From an uncultured Armatimonadia bacterium (GTDB lineage: Bacteria > Armatimonadota > Zipacnadia > Zipacnadales > UBA11051): DNA of 64,000 bases. The notes under the pieces were generated by a model, which worked only from the letters and a program-made list of their open reading frames with translations, did not search any database and had not been told where the DNA came from. This document shows positions 28,607-38,675 of this stretch, piece by piece; the first letter of the stretch is position 1, and each line of letters begins with the position of its first letter. The DNA is taken from contig CAZJVY010000008.1 in NCBI GenBank assembly GCA_964549395.1, positions 1,654 to 65,653 of the forward strand, written 5' to 3'. The translations under genes were made by a program, and so were the position numbers.

Positions 28607-29389
28607 ATGAAAGACGTTGCATCCGAGGCGGACAACCGAGGCATCACCATAGACAGGGTGGGAATACGCGACCTCCACCTGCCGGTCAGGATTAAGGAGA
28701 AGGATGGCGGGTACGCGCGCGTGCTGGGCCAGATCGAGGCCAGCGTCGAACTACCCCATGTGAGGCGCGGCACCCACATGAGCCGTTTTGTGGAGATCCT
28801 GTCTTCGTGGAGCAAGCAGGCGGTATCGGTGGCGGAGATAGAGGCAACTCTCGAGCGGATGATAAATGAGTTTGCGGCTCCCGCAGCCCATGTGGCGCTC
28901 AGGTTCAAGTACTTCTTGCCGAAGCAAGCGCCCGCTTCGGGCGAGACAAGCGAGCTGGACTACGACTGCAGCTTCGAAGGAACACTGAGAGCAAGTGAAT
29001 TTCGCTTTCTACTGCAGGTGACGGTGCCGATTATCACGCTGTGTCCCTGTTCCAAGGAGATAGCGGAGCGCGGGGCCCACAGTCAGCGCGCCATGCTGTC
29101 GGCGCGAGTGAACTGCCGGAGCGGCGAGATTCTATGGATCGAGGATCTGATTCCGCTGCTGGAAATGCGGGGCAGTTGCGACATATTCCCACTGCTGAAG
29201 CGCGCTGACGAGAAGATCGTCACCGAGAGGTCATACGACAACCCCAAGTTCGTGGAGGATGTGGTGCGGGACACCATCGTCGCACTGAGAGCACAGCCAC
29301 AGGTCATCGGCTGCTCGGCGGAGTGTGAAAGTCTCGAATCAATACACAATCATGTCGCGTACGCGTATGCGGAGTATGGTGAAATCTAG
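28607..29389 (+). CDS. folE2: GTP cyclohydrolase FolE2/MptA (type 2 GTP cyclohydrolase I)
   Basis: RRGTHMSRF and CPCSKEIAERGAHSQRA signature motifs. Confidence 0.7.
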   Translation: MKDVASEADNRGITIDRVGIRDLHLPVRIKEKDGGYARVLGQIEASVELPHVRRGTHMSRFVEILSSWSKQAVSVAEIEATLERMINEFAAPAAHVALRFKYFLPKQAPASGETSELDYDCSFEGTLRASEFRFLLQVTVPIITLCPCSKEIAERGAHSQRAMLSARVNCRSGEILWIEDLIPLLEMRGSCDIFPLLKRADEKIVTERSYDNPKFVEDVVRDTIVALRAQPQVIGCSAECESLESIHNHVAYAYAEYGEI

Positions 29390-30385
29390 ATGGTTGAGGC
29401 CGCGATAGGTCTGATACTGGCGGGAGTTGGCGTTTGGGCATTCTGGTCGCTGGTGAGGATGCTGCAGGGCATTGGCCGGCCGCGGCCGGTTCCGGAGCCG
29501 TCTGCAGACGGCATGGAAACAGAGATAGTGCGCCCGGAAGGTCAAATCGCCGATGATGGCATCGTGTACATGTTCGCCGATCGGTTTGTGCAGCAAGCCC
29601 CTCGGCGCGCTCTCGGCTCGCTTCCTCGTGACCGTGCGTTCGATCTGACAAGCGGTATCGAACTCGATACCCGCGACTTCGCCCAGCAGCTAGTCTACGC
29701 AACGTTCATTGACCTCTACACCAAGAGCCTATTGAGGTTCAAACTGGTGCCGCGTGACGCCAGCTTCATGCCGCCCTTCCCCAACAAGTCGTGGGCGTTG
29801 CACCTGCAGCAACTGGAGCGCTTCCCGACAAGTCCGCTCTGCGACAGCCTGAATGTCGCCTTTGAGATGATCTACAAGCAGCGGCTGAAGAAGAAACAGG
29901 CTTCCGACGGTGACGACAGCCCCGACGATGTGTGGGTCAGCTTGGAGGACGTACTTGAGACGGCGCTGAAGGCGATGCGGCAGGAGATGAGCTTCTGGGA
30001 ACGTGGATGCATCTACTCGGACCTGCGCAACTATGTGGGCATCGGCCTGACGGCGCAGGGCTATCTGCTGGCCTCGCCGCAGGACACGTGGCTGGATCGC
30101 ATCCGGCGCAAGCCCCCGGTGCCGAACCCCGTGGCCCTGGAAGAGCATGACCTGAAGGGCGACACGGAGCGGCTCTTGAAGCGCATCGAAGCATTCCGCA
30201 CGCGCTTCGGGTCTGCATCTGCATCCGCGGACCCGGGATGGCCGACAGGCGATGTTGATCCCGCCTTGTTGCAGCCTCAATGCCCGCTGGAGGACCTGCC
30301 TTTGGATGACTGCCTGCGCGTGAGCATATACGAGGCCTTGATCTCGATTCGCCAGCTCGAGCCGAGCGGAGAGGCGGGCGTCTGA
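29390..30385 (+). CDS. Hypothetical membrane-anchored protein
   Basis: N-terminal TM AIGLILAGVGVWAFWSLV, then a roughly 300-aa soluble region with no recognised motif. Starts one nt after the folE2 stop. Confidence 0.4.
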   Translation: MVEAAIGLILAGVGVWAFWSLVRMLQGIGRPRPVPEPSADGMETEIVRPEGQIADDGIVYMFADRFVQQAPRRALGSLPRDRAFDLTSGIELDTRDFAQQLVYATFIDLYTKSLLRFKLVPRDASFMPPFPNKSWALHLQQLERFPTSPLCDSLNVAFEMIYKQRLKKKQASDGDDSPDDVWVSLEDVLETALKAMRQEMSFWERGCIYSDLRNYVGIGLTAQGYLLASPQDTWLDRIRRKPPVPNPVALEEHDLKGDTERLLKRIEAFRTRFGSASASADPGWPTGDVDPALLQPQCPLEDLPLDDCLRVSIYEALISIRQLEPSGEAGV

Positions 30386-30388
30386 GCC

Positions 30389-30682
30389 ATGAGCAGACGA
30401 GAACTTGTTGAGTGGATCATCATGCTGGCCCTGATCGTGGCCTGGTGGCCGCGCATATTTGTCGGCTATGACCCGGCCTGGTATCACATATTGCTGTTCT
30501 ATGTATCGCCGATTGTGCTGATCTTCATAGCCGTGCGGCGCTTCCGCGACATGCAGGAGGGCTTCAAGCACAGCGAGCGCATGATCAAAGGCCAACACCT
30601 GATGCAGCCGCCCGACCCCGCCGCCAAACAAGGGCCGCCCGCTACTCCGTCTGGCCCTCTTGATGACGAGGACGGCCGATAG
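30389..30682 (+). CDS. Hypothetical small two-TM membrane protein
   Basis: 97 aa. Two hydrophobic helices (WIIMLALIVAWW; ILLFYVSPIVLIFIAV) and a Pro-rich tail. Starts 3 nt after the upstream gene. Confidence 0.35.
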   Translation: MSRRELVEWIIMLALIVAWWPRIFVGYDPAWYHILLFYVSPIVLIFIAVRRFRDMQEGFKHSERMIKGQHLMQPPDPAAKQGPPATPSGPLDDEDGR

Positions 30683-30719
30683 CACCCGACCTGACCTACG
30701 CCCGTGAGACTGGACACCT

Positions 30720-31583
30720 ATGCCGGAACTCCCTGAAGCAGAGACCATTCGCCGCGAGTTGGAAGCGGATGTAGTCGGCGAGCGCATAGCCTCCGTTGCG
30801 GTTCTGCGGAATGACGTGGTCTGCGGCGATGCCGACGACTTCGTCGCTGCAATCATGGGGAAGATGGTGACCGGCACAGGCCGCCGTGGGAAGGCCCTGT
30901 GGCTGTGTCTGCAGGGCAATGTCGGCATAGGCGTGCACCTGCGCATGAGCGGCCGTCTGCTTCTGGATAGCGCGCAGAAAGAGACCCCGCCACACACGCA
31001 TGTGCTCCTGGAGACGGCAAGTAGCCTGCGCTTGCTGTATGTGGATCCACGGCGGTTCGGGCGTGTCGAACTTCTCAACTTGGGGCGACTTGGGGAATCA
31101 ATCCTGTTGCGGAACATCGGGCCGGATGCTCTGTCCGAAGACCTGTCAGTCGAGGAACTACGGCGTGCCGCAAGTCACCACGGCATCGGTATCAAGGAAT
31201 TCCTGCTGTGTCAGGAACATCTGAGCGGGATCGGGAACATCTATGCCAGCGAAATACTGCACCGCGGCCGCCTACATCCCGCGACCCCGGCCAACCGCGT
31301 CACTGCGGAGGAAATGGGGAGGCTATTGGCCGCCACGCGAGAAGTCCTGATCGCAGCCATCGCCGCAAAGGGTACGACACTTGCCGACGCTTCGTACCAG
31401 ACCGCACTATGCGCCAGCGGCGGGTATCAACATCGCCTCTCGGTTTACGGTAGAGAGGGCGAGAACTGCCGGGTCGCTGGCTGCAGGGGGGTCGTGAAGC
31501 GGGTGAAAGCGGCCGGCCGCAGCACATACTTCTGCCCGGTGTGCCAGGCCAAAAGCAGGAGGCAGCGGGGCAGAGCGTCATAG
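30720..31583 (+). CDS. mutM: Formamidopyrimidine-DNA glycosylase (Fpg/Nei family)
   Basis: MPELPEAETIRR N-terminus with catalytic Pro2 and Glu3, H2TH region, and C-terminal zinc finger C-x2-C...C-x2-C (YFCPVCQ). Confidence 0.8.
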   Translation: MPELPEAETIRRELEADVVGERIASVAVLRNDVVCGDADDFVAAIMGKMVTGTGRRGKALWLCLQGNVGIGVHLRMSGRLLLDSAQKETPPHTHVLLETASSLRLLYVDPRRFGRVELLNLGRLGESILLRNIGPDALSEDLSVEELRRAASHHGIGIKEFLLCQEHLSGIGNIYASEILHRGRLHPATPANRVTAEEMGRLLAATREVLIAAIAAKGTTLADASYQTALCASGGYQHRLSVYGREGENCRVAGCRGVVKRVKAAGRSTYFCPVCQAKSRRQRGRAS

Positions 31584-31709
31584 TCCATCCCCATACATGG
31601 AAGACCGCCATCGCACTGATTGCGGTTCCCTATCGCAGTTGCCGACCGCCATCCGCAAGCGTTCGTCTCCGAGGCTGGCGACACCGTCCCCGACTTGCGG
31701 TCCGCGTAC

Positions 31710-33674
31710 CTACCCGAACTGGACGAGGTAGCCGGCGGTGATGTCGGGACCCAGTATCGCCATGAAGACCCAGCTTATGCCGCCGGCCAGCAGATCGCCG
31801 AAGACAAGCCCCAGGAAGAATGGCATAAGCTGGCGGTAGAGACGCGCCCCACCAAGGCGGTGCACTATCGCCTTGATGATCCAAGTGAGGAAGAACGGTC
31901 CCCACAGGCAGTACCCGTACTGGATGCACGCGACGTACCCGATTGGGTTGAGGGGGATGCGCAGCCAGCGCCAGCGGGCCGCGACCAGACCGATGGTGAA
32001 GACTGTCGCGACCATCATGGCGATGCCTGACGGGGTGTCGGGCGTGCTGCCGCTATTGATCATCATCGAGGCTTCGGTCCAGTTGCTGACGGCGTTGCTG
32101 ACGTTGTAGCCGCCCTTGGTGGTGCCCCCGTGCAAGACGAGAGCGCCGAATCTGTAGTAGGAGTCGAGATTGAGTTTGTAGGCCCACACGCAAGCGAGCA
32201 CAAAGGCGATCATCATGGCCGGGGCGATGATGCGGGGCTTGAGCTTGATATCGAAGGCGAGCTTTTCGTTCTCCGCCTGATAGCCGGCCTGGGCCGCGAA
32301 GTAGCCGTCGGTGAGCCAATCGAAGTTGGTGAGCACCGCGAAGCTCTTAATGCCACCCCTCGGCATCAACTGACGCGAGCCCAGGAAGTATCTCAGCACC
32401 GTCGTATGGCCGCCGAAGTAGCCCCACATGGTCGGCAGGCCGGCTTCCGCCCGCAGCCGAGCATAGACCAGCCCGAAACCGATGAACATGAAGAAGTAGG
32501 CGGATGCGTGGGACGGGTATGCGCCCATGTACACGACCCAGAAAACGATGGCGGCGAAGCCGAGCAGCGTGCCGACCAACGCGGTGCGGTGCCCAAGCGC
32601 GGCCTGGGAGTCATCTATCTCCCGATCGCCGGTGAAGGTTTTGCGTGCGATGACTGCCAGCTCATGGCGCCCGACCCAGAAGAGAACGAGCATCATGCCA
32701 AGGTATGCGCCGGCCGACTGCGCCAGAGTGTGCGGGAAGCCGGGCGTAGCGGTGACGCCGAAAAGGTCGGACAGCAGCCGCAGTGTCGGCTGCAAGAGAA
32801 AGAAGAACCAGCCCGAGAAAAGAATGTCCAGCGGGACGAACCACGCAAGGCCGATCACCTGCGGGCGATGGAAGAAAGTGACGCCCCGGTATGCGGTCCA
32901 GGGGTACTCGGTGAAAATCTGCTGCCCGAGGTAATAGCGGTCCATTAGGGCCGTAACGGCCGGGTTGTACGAATGCGCGACATTCAGAACGTGGTGGAAC
33001 AGTACAATCATGACGCCGACCCACACCATGACGTTCTTGAAGAAGGGCTTCGTGCTGCCCGGGGCCTCCTTTTCCACTATGCTCAGTGGAATGAAGAGCA
33101 GTGGAAAGCGGAGGCGTTCGTTCTCGGTCCATTGCTTGCGGAACAGCGTGAGCAGACATAAGCTGGTAAAGAAGAGCAAGCCCATGAATAGCGTCCACAT
33201 CAGCAGCGGGTAGGACCACGCCCGCCAGGGCACGGAGCCGTCATCGCTCCCCTCGTACATCGTGCGGATGGCCTCGGGGTCCTGTGGGGCAAACCACTTC
33301 GGGACGGCCTCCGCGAGCATGGCGTAATTGTTGTCCGGGCCGGCGAAGTACGTGGCCGCCGTTGCCGAAGGCAGCATGCTTTCGGTTACGCCAAAGCTTA
33401 CCGGCGGGATCGCAATGACAAGCACCATGTAGACAAATAGAAGTTCCTGCTTGGTCAATGCTCTCGCCTTGCCGATGAGGCGGCCTATCAGGGGAGCCAC
33501 CGCCACAAGCAACAGAAGGCAGAAGACCGCAGGAACCGGTGGGACGGAGAGCAGATAGACCGGCGCGTACAACAGCCCGGGAGCCTGTACGAGACTTGCC
33601 TGATGCATCCACCAGACTGCGACCAGAGACAGCAAGACTGCCAGGATGACGGCGCGCAGACTCAAATACCACAC
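31710..33674 (-). CDS. Hypothetical large polytopic membrane protein (654 aa)
   Basis: More than 12 hydrophobic segments, rich in Trp/Phe/Tyr. Divergent from the ECF transporter gene. No family assigned. Confidence 0.5.
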   Translation of the reverse strand: MWYLSLRAVILAVLLSLVAVWWMHQASLVQAPGLLYAPVYLLSVPPVPAVFCLLLLVAVAPLIGRLIGKARALTKQELLFVYMVLVIAIPPVSFGVTESMLPSATAATYFAGPDNNYAMLAEAVPKWFAPQDPEAIRTMYEGSDDGSVPWRAWSYPLLMWTLFMGLLFFTSLCLLTLFRKQWTENERLRFPLLFIPLSIVEKEAPGSTKPFFKNVMVWVGVMIVLFHHVLNVAHSYNPAVTALMDRYYLGQQIFTEYPWTAYRGVTFFHRPQVIGLAWFVPLDILFSGWFFFLLQPTLRLLSDLFGVTATPGFPHTLAQSAGAYLGMMLVLFWVGRHELAVIARKTFTGDREIDDSQAALGHRTALVGTLLGFAAIVFWVVYMGAYPSHASAYFFMFIGFGLVYARLRAEAGLPTMWGYFGGHTTVLRYFLGSRQLMPRGGIKSFAVLTNFDWLTDGYFAAQAGYQAENEKLAFDIKLKPRIIAPAMMIAFVLACVWAYKLNLDSYYRFGALVLHGGTTKGGYNVSNAVSNWTEASMMINSGSTPDTPSGIAMMVATVFTIGLVAARWRWLRIPLNPIGYVACIQYGYCLWGPFFLTWIIKAIVHRLGGARLYRQLMPFFLGLVFGDLLAGGISWVFMAILGPDITAGYLVQFG

Positions 33675-33836
33675 CTGCCTCGATGATGTGTAAGGTCACT
33701 TGCGGTGGACGATCTCAGGTTCGTCGTCCTGCCGGCCTTTCCCTTTGCGCACGGGCGTGAAGTGGCAGGCAAGTATGGGCAAGTCAACAGCCAGCGGCAG
33801 ACAGGGATATGCTTGCCAGTGGTGGAATAGTGCACG

Positions 33837-36452
33837 TTGACGACACACAGAAGCCGGCAGCGAGAGGAAGCAAGGTTGATGCGAGACGTTTTCGTGATGT
33901 GGCGCAATACCCGGATGGTGGTACTGGTGGCACTGTCAGCCGCCATATATGCCGCCATTCTGATCCCCTTCAAGATCATCCCAATCATCCCCGGCTTCAC
34001 GGAACTGCGACCGGGAAACGCGATACCGGTTGTCTGCGGGCTGCTTTTCGGCCCGGCGGCTGCGTGGGGATGTGCAATCGGGAACCTGATTGCCGACTTC
34101 TTCGGGACCGTCGGGCCGGGGAGCCTGTTCGGTCTGCTTGGCAACTTCCTGTTCGCGTACCTGCCGTACCGGGTGTGGGTGATGGTAAAGGGGTTCGAGC
34201 CGCCCCGCGGCTCATGGGCCGAGGTGCCGCTGCTGATTCTGGCAGTGTTCATTGGGAGCGCGGCATGTGCGGTAGTCATCGGCTTCGGCTTGGACCTTCT
34301 CGGCCTCGTACCATACATGATTCTCACCACCGTCATCGTGATCAACAATACCGTCATTGGCATCGTGCTCGGTATACCTCTGGTGACGCTGCTGTACCCT
34401 CGGGCGCGACGGTGGCACCTGACGTTCAGCCAGGTGATGCGAGAGGAGGATCTGCGCGGAACACGGCTGACTCCATTGGCTGGGACGCTGGTGTTAGCCG
34501 CCTGCCTGGTCGGCGTCTTCGCCGCTCTCGACAAAACGGGAACGCTGGCGAGCTGGGCGATGAGACTGGGGGCGCTGCAGATCGAGCCGAGCATGGGGGC
34601 GGATGGCAAGCCTCTGCCTATGTCGCTGCTGATACCGCACGACATGTCGCTCCTGCAGTTGGGGGGCTGGTGCAGCCTGGCAATGATGGTCGGGACCATT
34701 CTGATGGGCAGAGTCGGGCTTGGGAAGCGAGATGTCCCTGCCAGTGCCCGCGCCGCCGCCCGTGGTGCTGCCGCCGGGAGTATTGACGTCCGCGAGCTCA
34801 GGGTCGTCTATCAGGACGCGGCCGAGGCCGCCTTGCGGGGCATCAGCTTCACGCAAACAGGCGGCGAGACAAAGTGCATCATGGGACGCACCGGCGCCGG
34901 CAAGTCCACACTGTGTCTATGCTTGAACGGCGTCATCCCGCAGATGGAGGCGGGAGAGTTCTCAGGCAGTGTGCAAGTCGGAGGGCTTGATACAAGCCGA
35001 TGGACCGTTGACGAGCTCTCGCAGGTGGTGGGGCTGGTGTTCCAGGATTTCGAAACGCAGCTATTCTGCAGCGACGTGGAGTTGGAGATAGCGTTCGGTC
35101 TAGAGAACCGGGGTGCGAGCAGGGAGTTGATGCGTGAGCGAGTTGACTATTGGCTGGATAGGCTGGGGCTGCGGGAACTGGTGGGACGGGATCCGAGCAC
35201 GCTTTCGGGCGGTGAGAAACAACGGCTGGCGCTGGCGGCAATCATGGCATCCGACCCCCCGGTGGTCGTGTTGGATGAACCCACGACAGACCTTGACCCC
35301 GTAGGCCGTAGGGAAGTCATGGAGGCGATCCGTGAATTGGCTTACCAGGGCCGCACAGTCGTGATGGCGACCAGCGAATCAGTGGAAGCGATGCAAAGCG
35401 ACGGGCTTGTGGTGCTGCGAGACGGAGCCATCGCTTTCGAGGGTGTCCCCACGGACCTGCTGCAGGATGTGCCCGAGGTTAAGACTGTGGGGCTGCGTCC
35501 CGAGCCGCTGGCCGAGCTGGCGGATGCCGTCGGTCTGCAACGGGCCCCTGAAGACGTGCGCGAAGCCGTCGCGATGTTGCGGGAACGCAACGCATCAGTT
35601 GATGAACAGGCATTGGTGGCAACGGACGCCGCTAGCCGGCTTGGGACAACCGGGGATGTTGCCATCGAGCTAGATGGCGTCTCCTTCAGCTATAGTGACG
35701 ACGCGGCACTAGCTGAGGTATCACTGCAGGTCAGCCACGGGGAATTCCTCGCAATTCTGGGGCCTAACGGTTCTGGGAAGAGCACGATGTGCAAGCTCAT
35801 GATGGGGCTTTTAAGACCGCAGAATGGCCGTGTGGAGGTAAACGGCCGAGATATCGGCATCATGCGTGCAAGCGAAATCGCCGGACAGATCGGGTATCTT
35901 TACCAGAACCCGGACAGCCAGATATTCGCCGATACGGTGTTTGACGAGGTCGCCTTCGGGCCGCGAAATCTGGGTAGAACGGCTGGCGAAATCGAGAAGC
36001 TCGTCACCGAAGCGCTGGCGATTACCGAGCTTACAGGAAGCGAAGGCAAGGACCCCTTCGCGCTAACGCGCGGGGAACGCCAACGCGTAGCACTGGCGGC
36101 GGTATTGGCGTGCCAGCCGGATATCATCGTGTTTGACGAGCCGACCACCGGCTTGGACGTGCCTCAGCAAGAGGCGATGATGCAGTTGCTCAAACGCCTG
36201 CGGACGGAGGGGCGCACAGTCATCGTCGTGACCCACCACACCGAGATAGCGCTACGCTACGCAGACAGACTGGTGCTGCTAACAGATGGCGAGATAGCAG
36301 CAGATGGGCCGGTGCGTGCTGTCGTCGCTGACAGCAACAGCTTCCGGAATGCAGCCCAGGTTGTGCCGCCGCTGGTAGAGGTCTCGCAGGCGCTGTTCGG
36401 TGTTCCGCTCCTGAGTGCCGACGAATTCAGAAGCTACGTTCGTCTGGCCTGA
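33837..36452 (+). CDS. ECF transporter fusion protein: S component + EcfA + EcfA' (tandem ABC ATPases)
   Basis: An N-terminal membrane domain of about 230 aa with 5-6 TM segments, then two complete ABC ATPase domains: Walker A GRTGAGKST, signature LSGGEKQRLA, Walker B VVVLDEPT, and again GPNGSGKST, LTRGERQRVA, IIVFDEPT. Confidence 0.7.
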   Translation: MTTHRSRQREEARLMRDVFVMWRNTRMVVLVALSAAIYAAILIPFKIIPIIPGFTELRPGNAIPVVCGLLFGPAAAWGCAIGNLIADFFGTVGPGSLFGLLGNFLFAYLPYRVWVMVKGFEPPRGSWAEVPLLILAVFIGSAACAVVIGFGLDLLGLVPYMILTTVIVINNTVIGIVLGIPLVTLLYPRARRWHLTFSQVMREEDLRGTRLTPLAGTLVLAACLVGVFAALDKTGTLASWAMRLGALQIEPSMGADGKPLPMSLLIPHDMSLLQLGGWCSLAMMVGTILMGRVGLGKRDVPASARAAARGAAAGSIDVRELRVVYQDAAEAALRGISFTQTGGETKCIMGRTGAGKSTLCLCLNGVIPQMEAGEFSGSVQVGGLDTSRWTVDELSQVVGLVFQDFETQLFCSDVELEIAFGLENRGASRELMRERVDYWLDRLGLRELVGRDPSTLSGGEKQRLALAAIMASDPPVVVLDEPTTDLDPVGRREVMEAIRELAYQGRTVVMATSESVEAMQSDGLVVLRDGAIAFEGVPTDLLQDVPEVKTVGLRPEPLAELADAVGLQRAPEDVREAVAMLRERNASVDEQALVATDAASRLGTTGDVAIELDGVSFSYSDDAALAEVSLQVSHGEFLAILGPNGSGKSTMCKLMMGLLRPQNGRVEVNGRDIGIMRASEIAGQIGYLYQNPDSQIFADTVFDEVAFGPRNLGRTAGEIEKLVTEALAITELTGSEGKDPFALTRGERQRVALAAVLACQPDIIVFDEPTTGLDVPQQEAMMQLLKRLRTEGRTVIVVTHHTEIALRYADRLVLLTDGEIAADGPVRAVVADSNSFRNAAQVVPPLVEVSQALFGVPLLSADEFRSYVRLA

Positions 36453-36480
36453 TGGGGCCGGACGAAGTGAGGGATGGCAG

Positions 36481-37281
36481 ATGCAGACGAGCTTCCTGTT
36501 CATCGCGGCGAGTACCGCCCTGCACCGGCTGCATCCGGTGGTGAAGGTGGTGGGGCTGGTACTGCTCTTCCTGCCCGCGCTGGCCTTCAACCACCCCGCG
36601 TGGGAGGCGGCGGTGCTGGGGCTGAGTATTCTCCTGCTGCTGCTGGCGCACGGGGGTGCGAACTTGCGGCGGCTGGGGTGGTTCCTGCTACTGCTCTTCG
36701 TTATGAGCGCGCTGATGTGGTCGCTCTTCCTCTTGGATGTGAAGGAGCCGCACGTGCTCTTTGAGATCGGGGCACTGACTGTGTCGCGCCAGTCGTTGTT
36801 GTACGGCCTGGCGATGGGCTGTCGGATTACTTCGCTGTTGCTGTTCGGGCTGACATTTGTGACTACGACCCGGCCTGAGGAGTTCACGTTTGCGCTCCGC
36901 AGAATGGGGCTGCCGGGGACGGTGTCGGTTGCCCTATCGCTTTCGTTCCGGCTGCTGCCTGCGTTCCTGGGCACAGTACAAACCGTAAAGGATGCGCAAC
37001 GGGCGCGAGGTCTCGATTTGAACAGAGGAAGCGTGCTATCGAGATTGAGGCGCTACCTGAGCCTGGCCGCGCCGGTGTTTGGCTATGCGCTACGCCAGGC
37101 TGATAACCTCTCGCGCGCGCTGGAGGCGCGCGGGGTGATGGCGCAGGGGAGACGTACGGAGTTGCGGCAGTTCACAATGAGGTGGAGTGATGTGGCGGTG
37201 ATGGTTGCGATAGTCATTGTGGCCGCGGGAAGCGTGTACCTGCGCCTGTGCGGCTATGGCGAGGTACTGCCCCGGCTCTGA
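36481..37281 (+). CDS. ecfT: ECF transporter transmembrane T component (EcfT/CbiQ family)
   Basis: About 265 aa with 5-6 TM segments and the coupling motifs ALRRMGLP...ALSLSFRLLP. Immediately downstream of the fused S-AA' gene. Confidence 0.6.
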   Translation: MQTSFLFIAASTALHRLHPVVKVVGLVLLFLPALAFNHPAWEAAVLGLSILLLLLAHGGANLRRLGWFLLLLFVMSALMWSLFLLDVKEPHVLFEIGALTVSRQSLLYGLAMGCRITSLLLFGLTFVTTTRPEEFTFALRRMGLPGTVSVALSLSFRLLPAFLGTVQTVKDAQRARGLDLNRGSVLSRLRRYLSLAAPVFGYALRQADNLSRALEARGVMAQGRRTELRQFTMRWSDVAVMVAIVIVAAGSVYLRLCGYGEVLPRL

Positions 37282-38297
37282 CGGCGCGTCGCGATCATGC
37301 CCGCCACCAGCAGGTATGTGATGATGACACACGCGAGGCCTGCAACAGCCAGGACTGTGATGAGCGCCAATGCCTGCAAGTGCAGGAATGCGTTGAGAAC
37401 GACCGAGATGGCGGCGCCCAGTGCAGCGACGGCGAACAGCCCGCGGATGAATATGCCCGAGACATAGCGAGTGGCAAGCGAGCCCAACTGGGCGCCACAT
37501 GCTGAACCGGCGAAGAGAAAGAACGCCATCAGCAGGTCAACATTGCCCTTGAGAGCATGCGAGAAAGTGCCGTAGCCTGCAGCGATGACGATAGTGAATA
37601 TGATGGTGCCGACGGCGACGCGAGTAGGGCAGCCGATAACGTACACGAGCATCGGCAGCCCAATCAGCCCACCACCTATGCCCAGCAGGCCCGTGAACAG
37701 GCCCATGACGACGGCGACCAGCAGCACGGCCCATACCGAGACCGAATCAATCCCGGAGACGGGGCACGACATGCACGGGCGAAGCCTGATGCTCTGTATG
37801 CGCCTGGGGAGCGGGCGTAGGGGAGTTGTGTGGTGTTGGTGGATTGAGTCGCCCGGGTGGCGGGCTGCCTCCTGCTTTGCCTTGATGTAATCGCGCCTCG
37901 CATCGAAGAAGGTGAGAACCGATATTCCGACAAGCAGGAATATGTAGATGGTGCTGATGCTGACATCCATGCGCGCTCTGCCGAGTGATTTGAGGAACTC
38001 GATGAGGCCGGCGCCGATTTCGACGCCGATGATGCTCCCGGGAATCATGATGGCGACGAGCCGGAGGGCGACGTTTCCGAACTGCCAGTGCCGCATTGCG
38101 GAGACAATTGAAGAGCCGAGCATCTGAGCCAACGAGGTGCCGACAGCGATATTGAGAGGAGTGCTGACGGCGCTGAGGGCCGGGATGAGCATCCAGCCGC
38201 CGCCCATGCCCATGAAGCCACCCGATACGCCGACCACAAAGCCGATGGAGAAGAGGTACCAGAGGCTGATAGTCACTTCGGCTATCGGGAAGTGCAA
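37254..38297 (-). CDS. TauE/SafE-family (DUF81) sulfite/anion exporter-like membrane protein
   Basis: Two homologous 4-TM halves, each with a Gly-rich segment (VVGVSGGFMGMGGG and LFTGLLGIGGGLIGLP). Confidence 0.6.
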   Translation of the reverse strand: MHFPIAEVTISLWYLFSIGFVVGVSGGFMGMGGGWMLIPALSAVSTPLNIAVGTSLAQMLGSSIVSAMRHWQFGNVALRLVAIMIPGSIIGVEIGAGLIEFLKSLGRARMDVSISTIYIFLLVGISVLTFFDARRDYIKAKQEAARHPGDSIHQHHTTPLRPLPRRIQSIRLRPCMSCPVSGIDSVSVWAVLLVAVVMGLFTGLLGIGGGLIGLPMLVYVIGCPTRVAVGTIIFTIVIAAGYGTFSHALKGNVDLLMAFFLFAGSACGAQLGSLATRYVSGIFIRGLFAVAALGAAISVVLNAFLHLQALALITVLAVAGLACVIITYLLVAGMIATRRQSRGSTSP

Positions 38298-38675
38298 GGC
38301 CTAATGCACCTCGTTCCCGTGTTTGCGGAGGCGAGCGGCCACGCGCGGAAGCAACGTGACCCAGCGCGCCACGAAACTGAACGCCAGACCCAGCACTACC
38401 ATTGACACAACAGCGAGAACAGCATACAAGTGCCGCTGCTGGTCACATAGTGCTTGTAGCCCGTCAATGACAGCTTTCACCGAGATAGGCCTCTTGGGCA
38501 AGATATGCCGAAGACAACGGGGGCCTGCGCAACAACGCAAGCCGAATCCAGGAACAAGTAACGCACCGCAGAGATGATACCACGGGATACGAACATACTC
38601 AAGCAGGCACCGACCGCACCGACGTGCAACATGGAGCGACACGACACGGACGCCACAGGGAGATGAACGCCGGAA

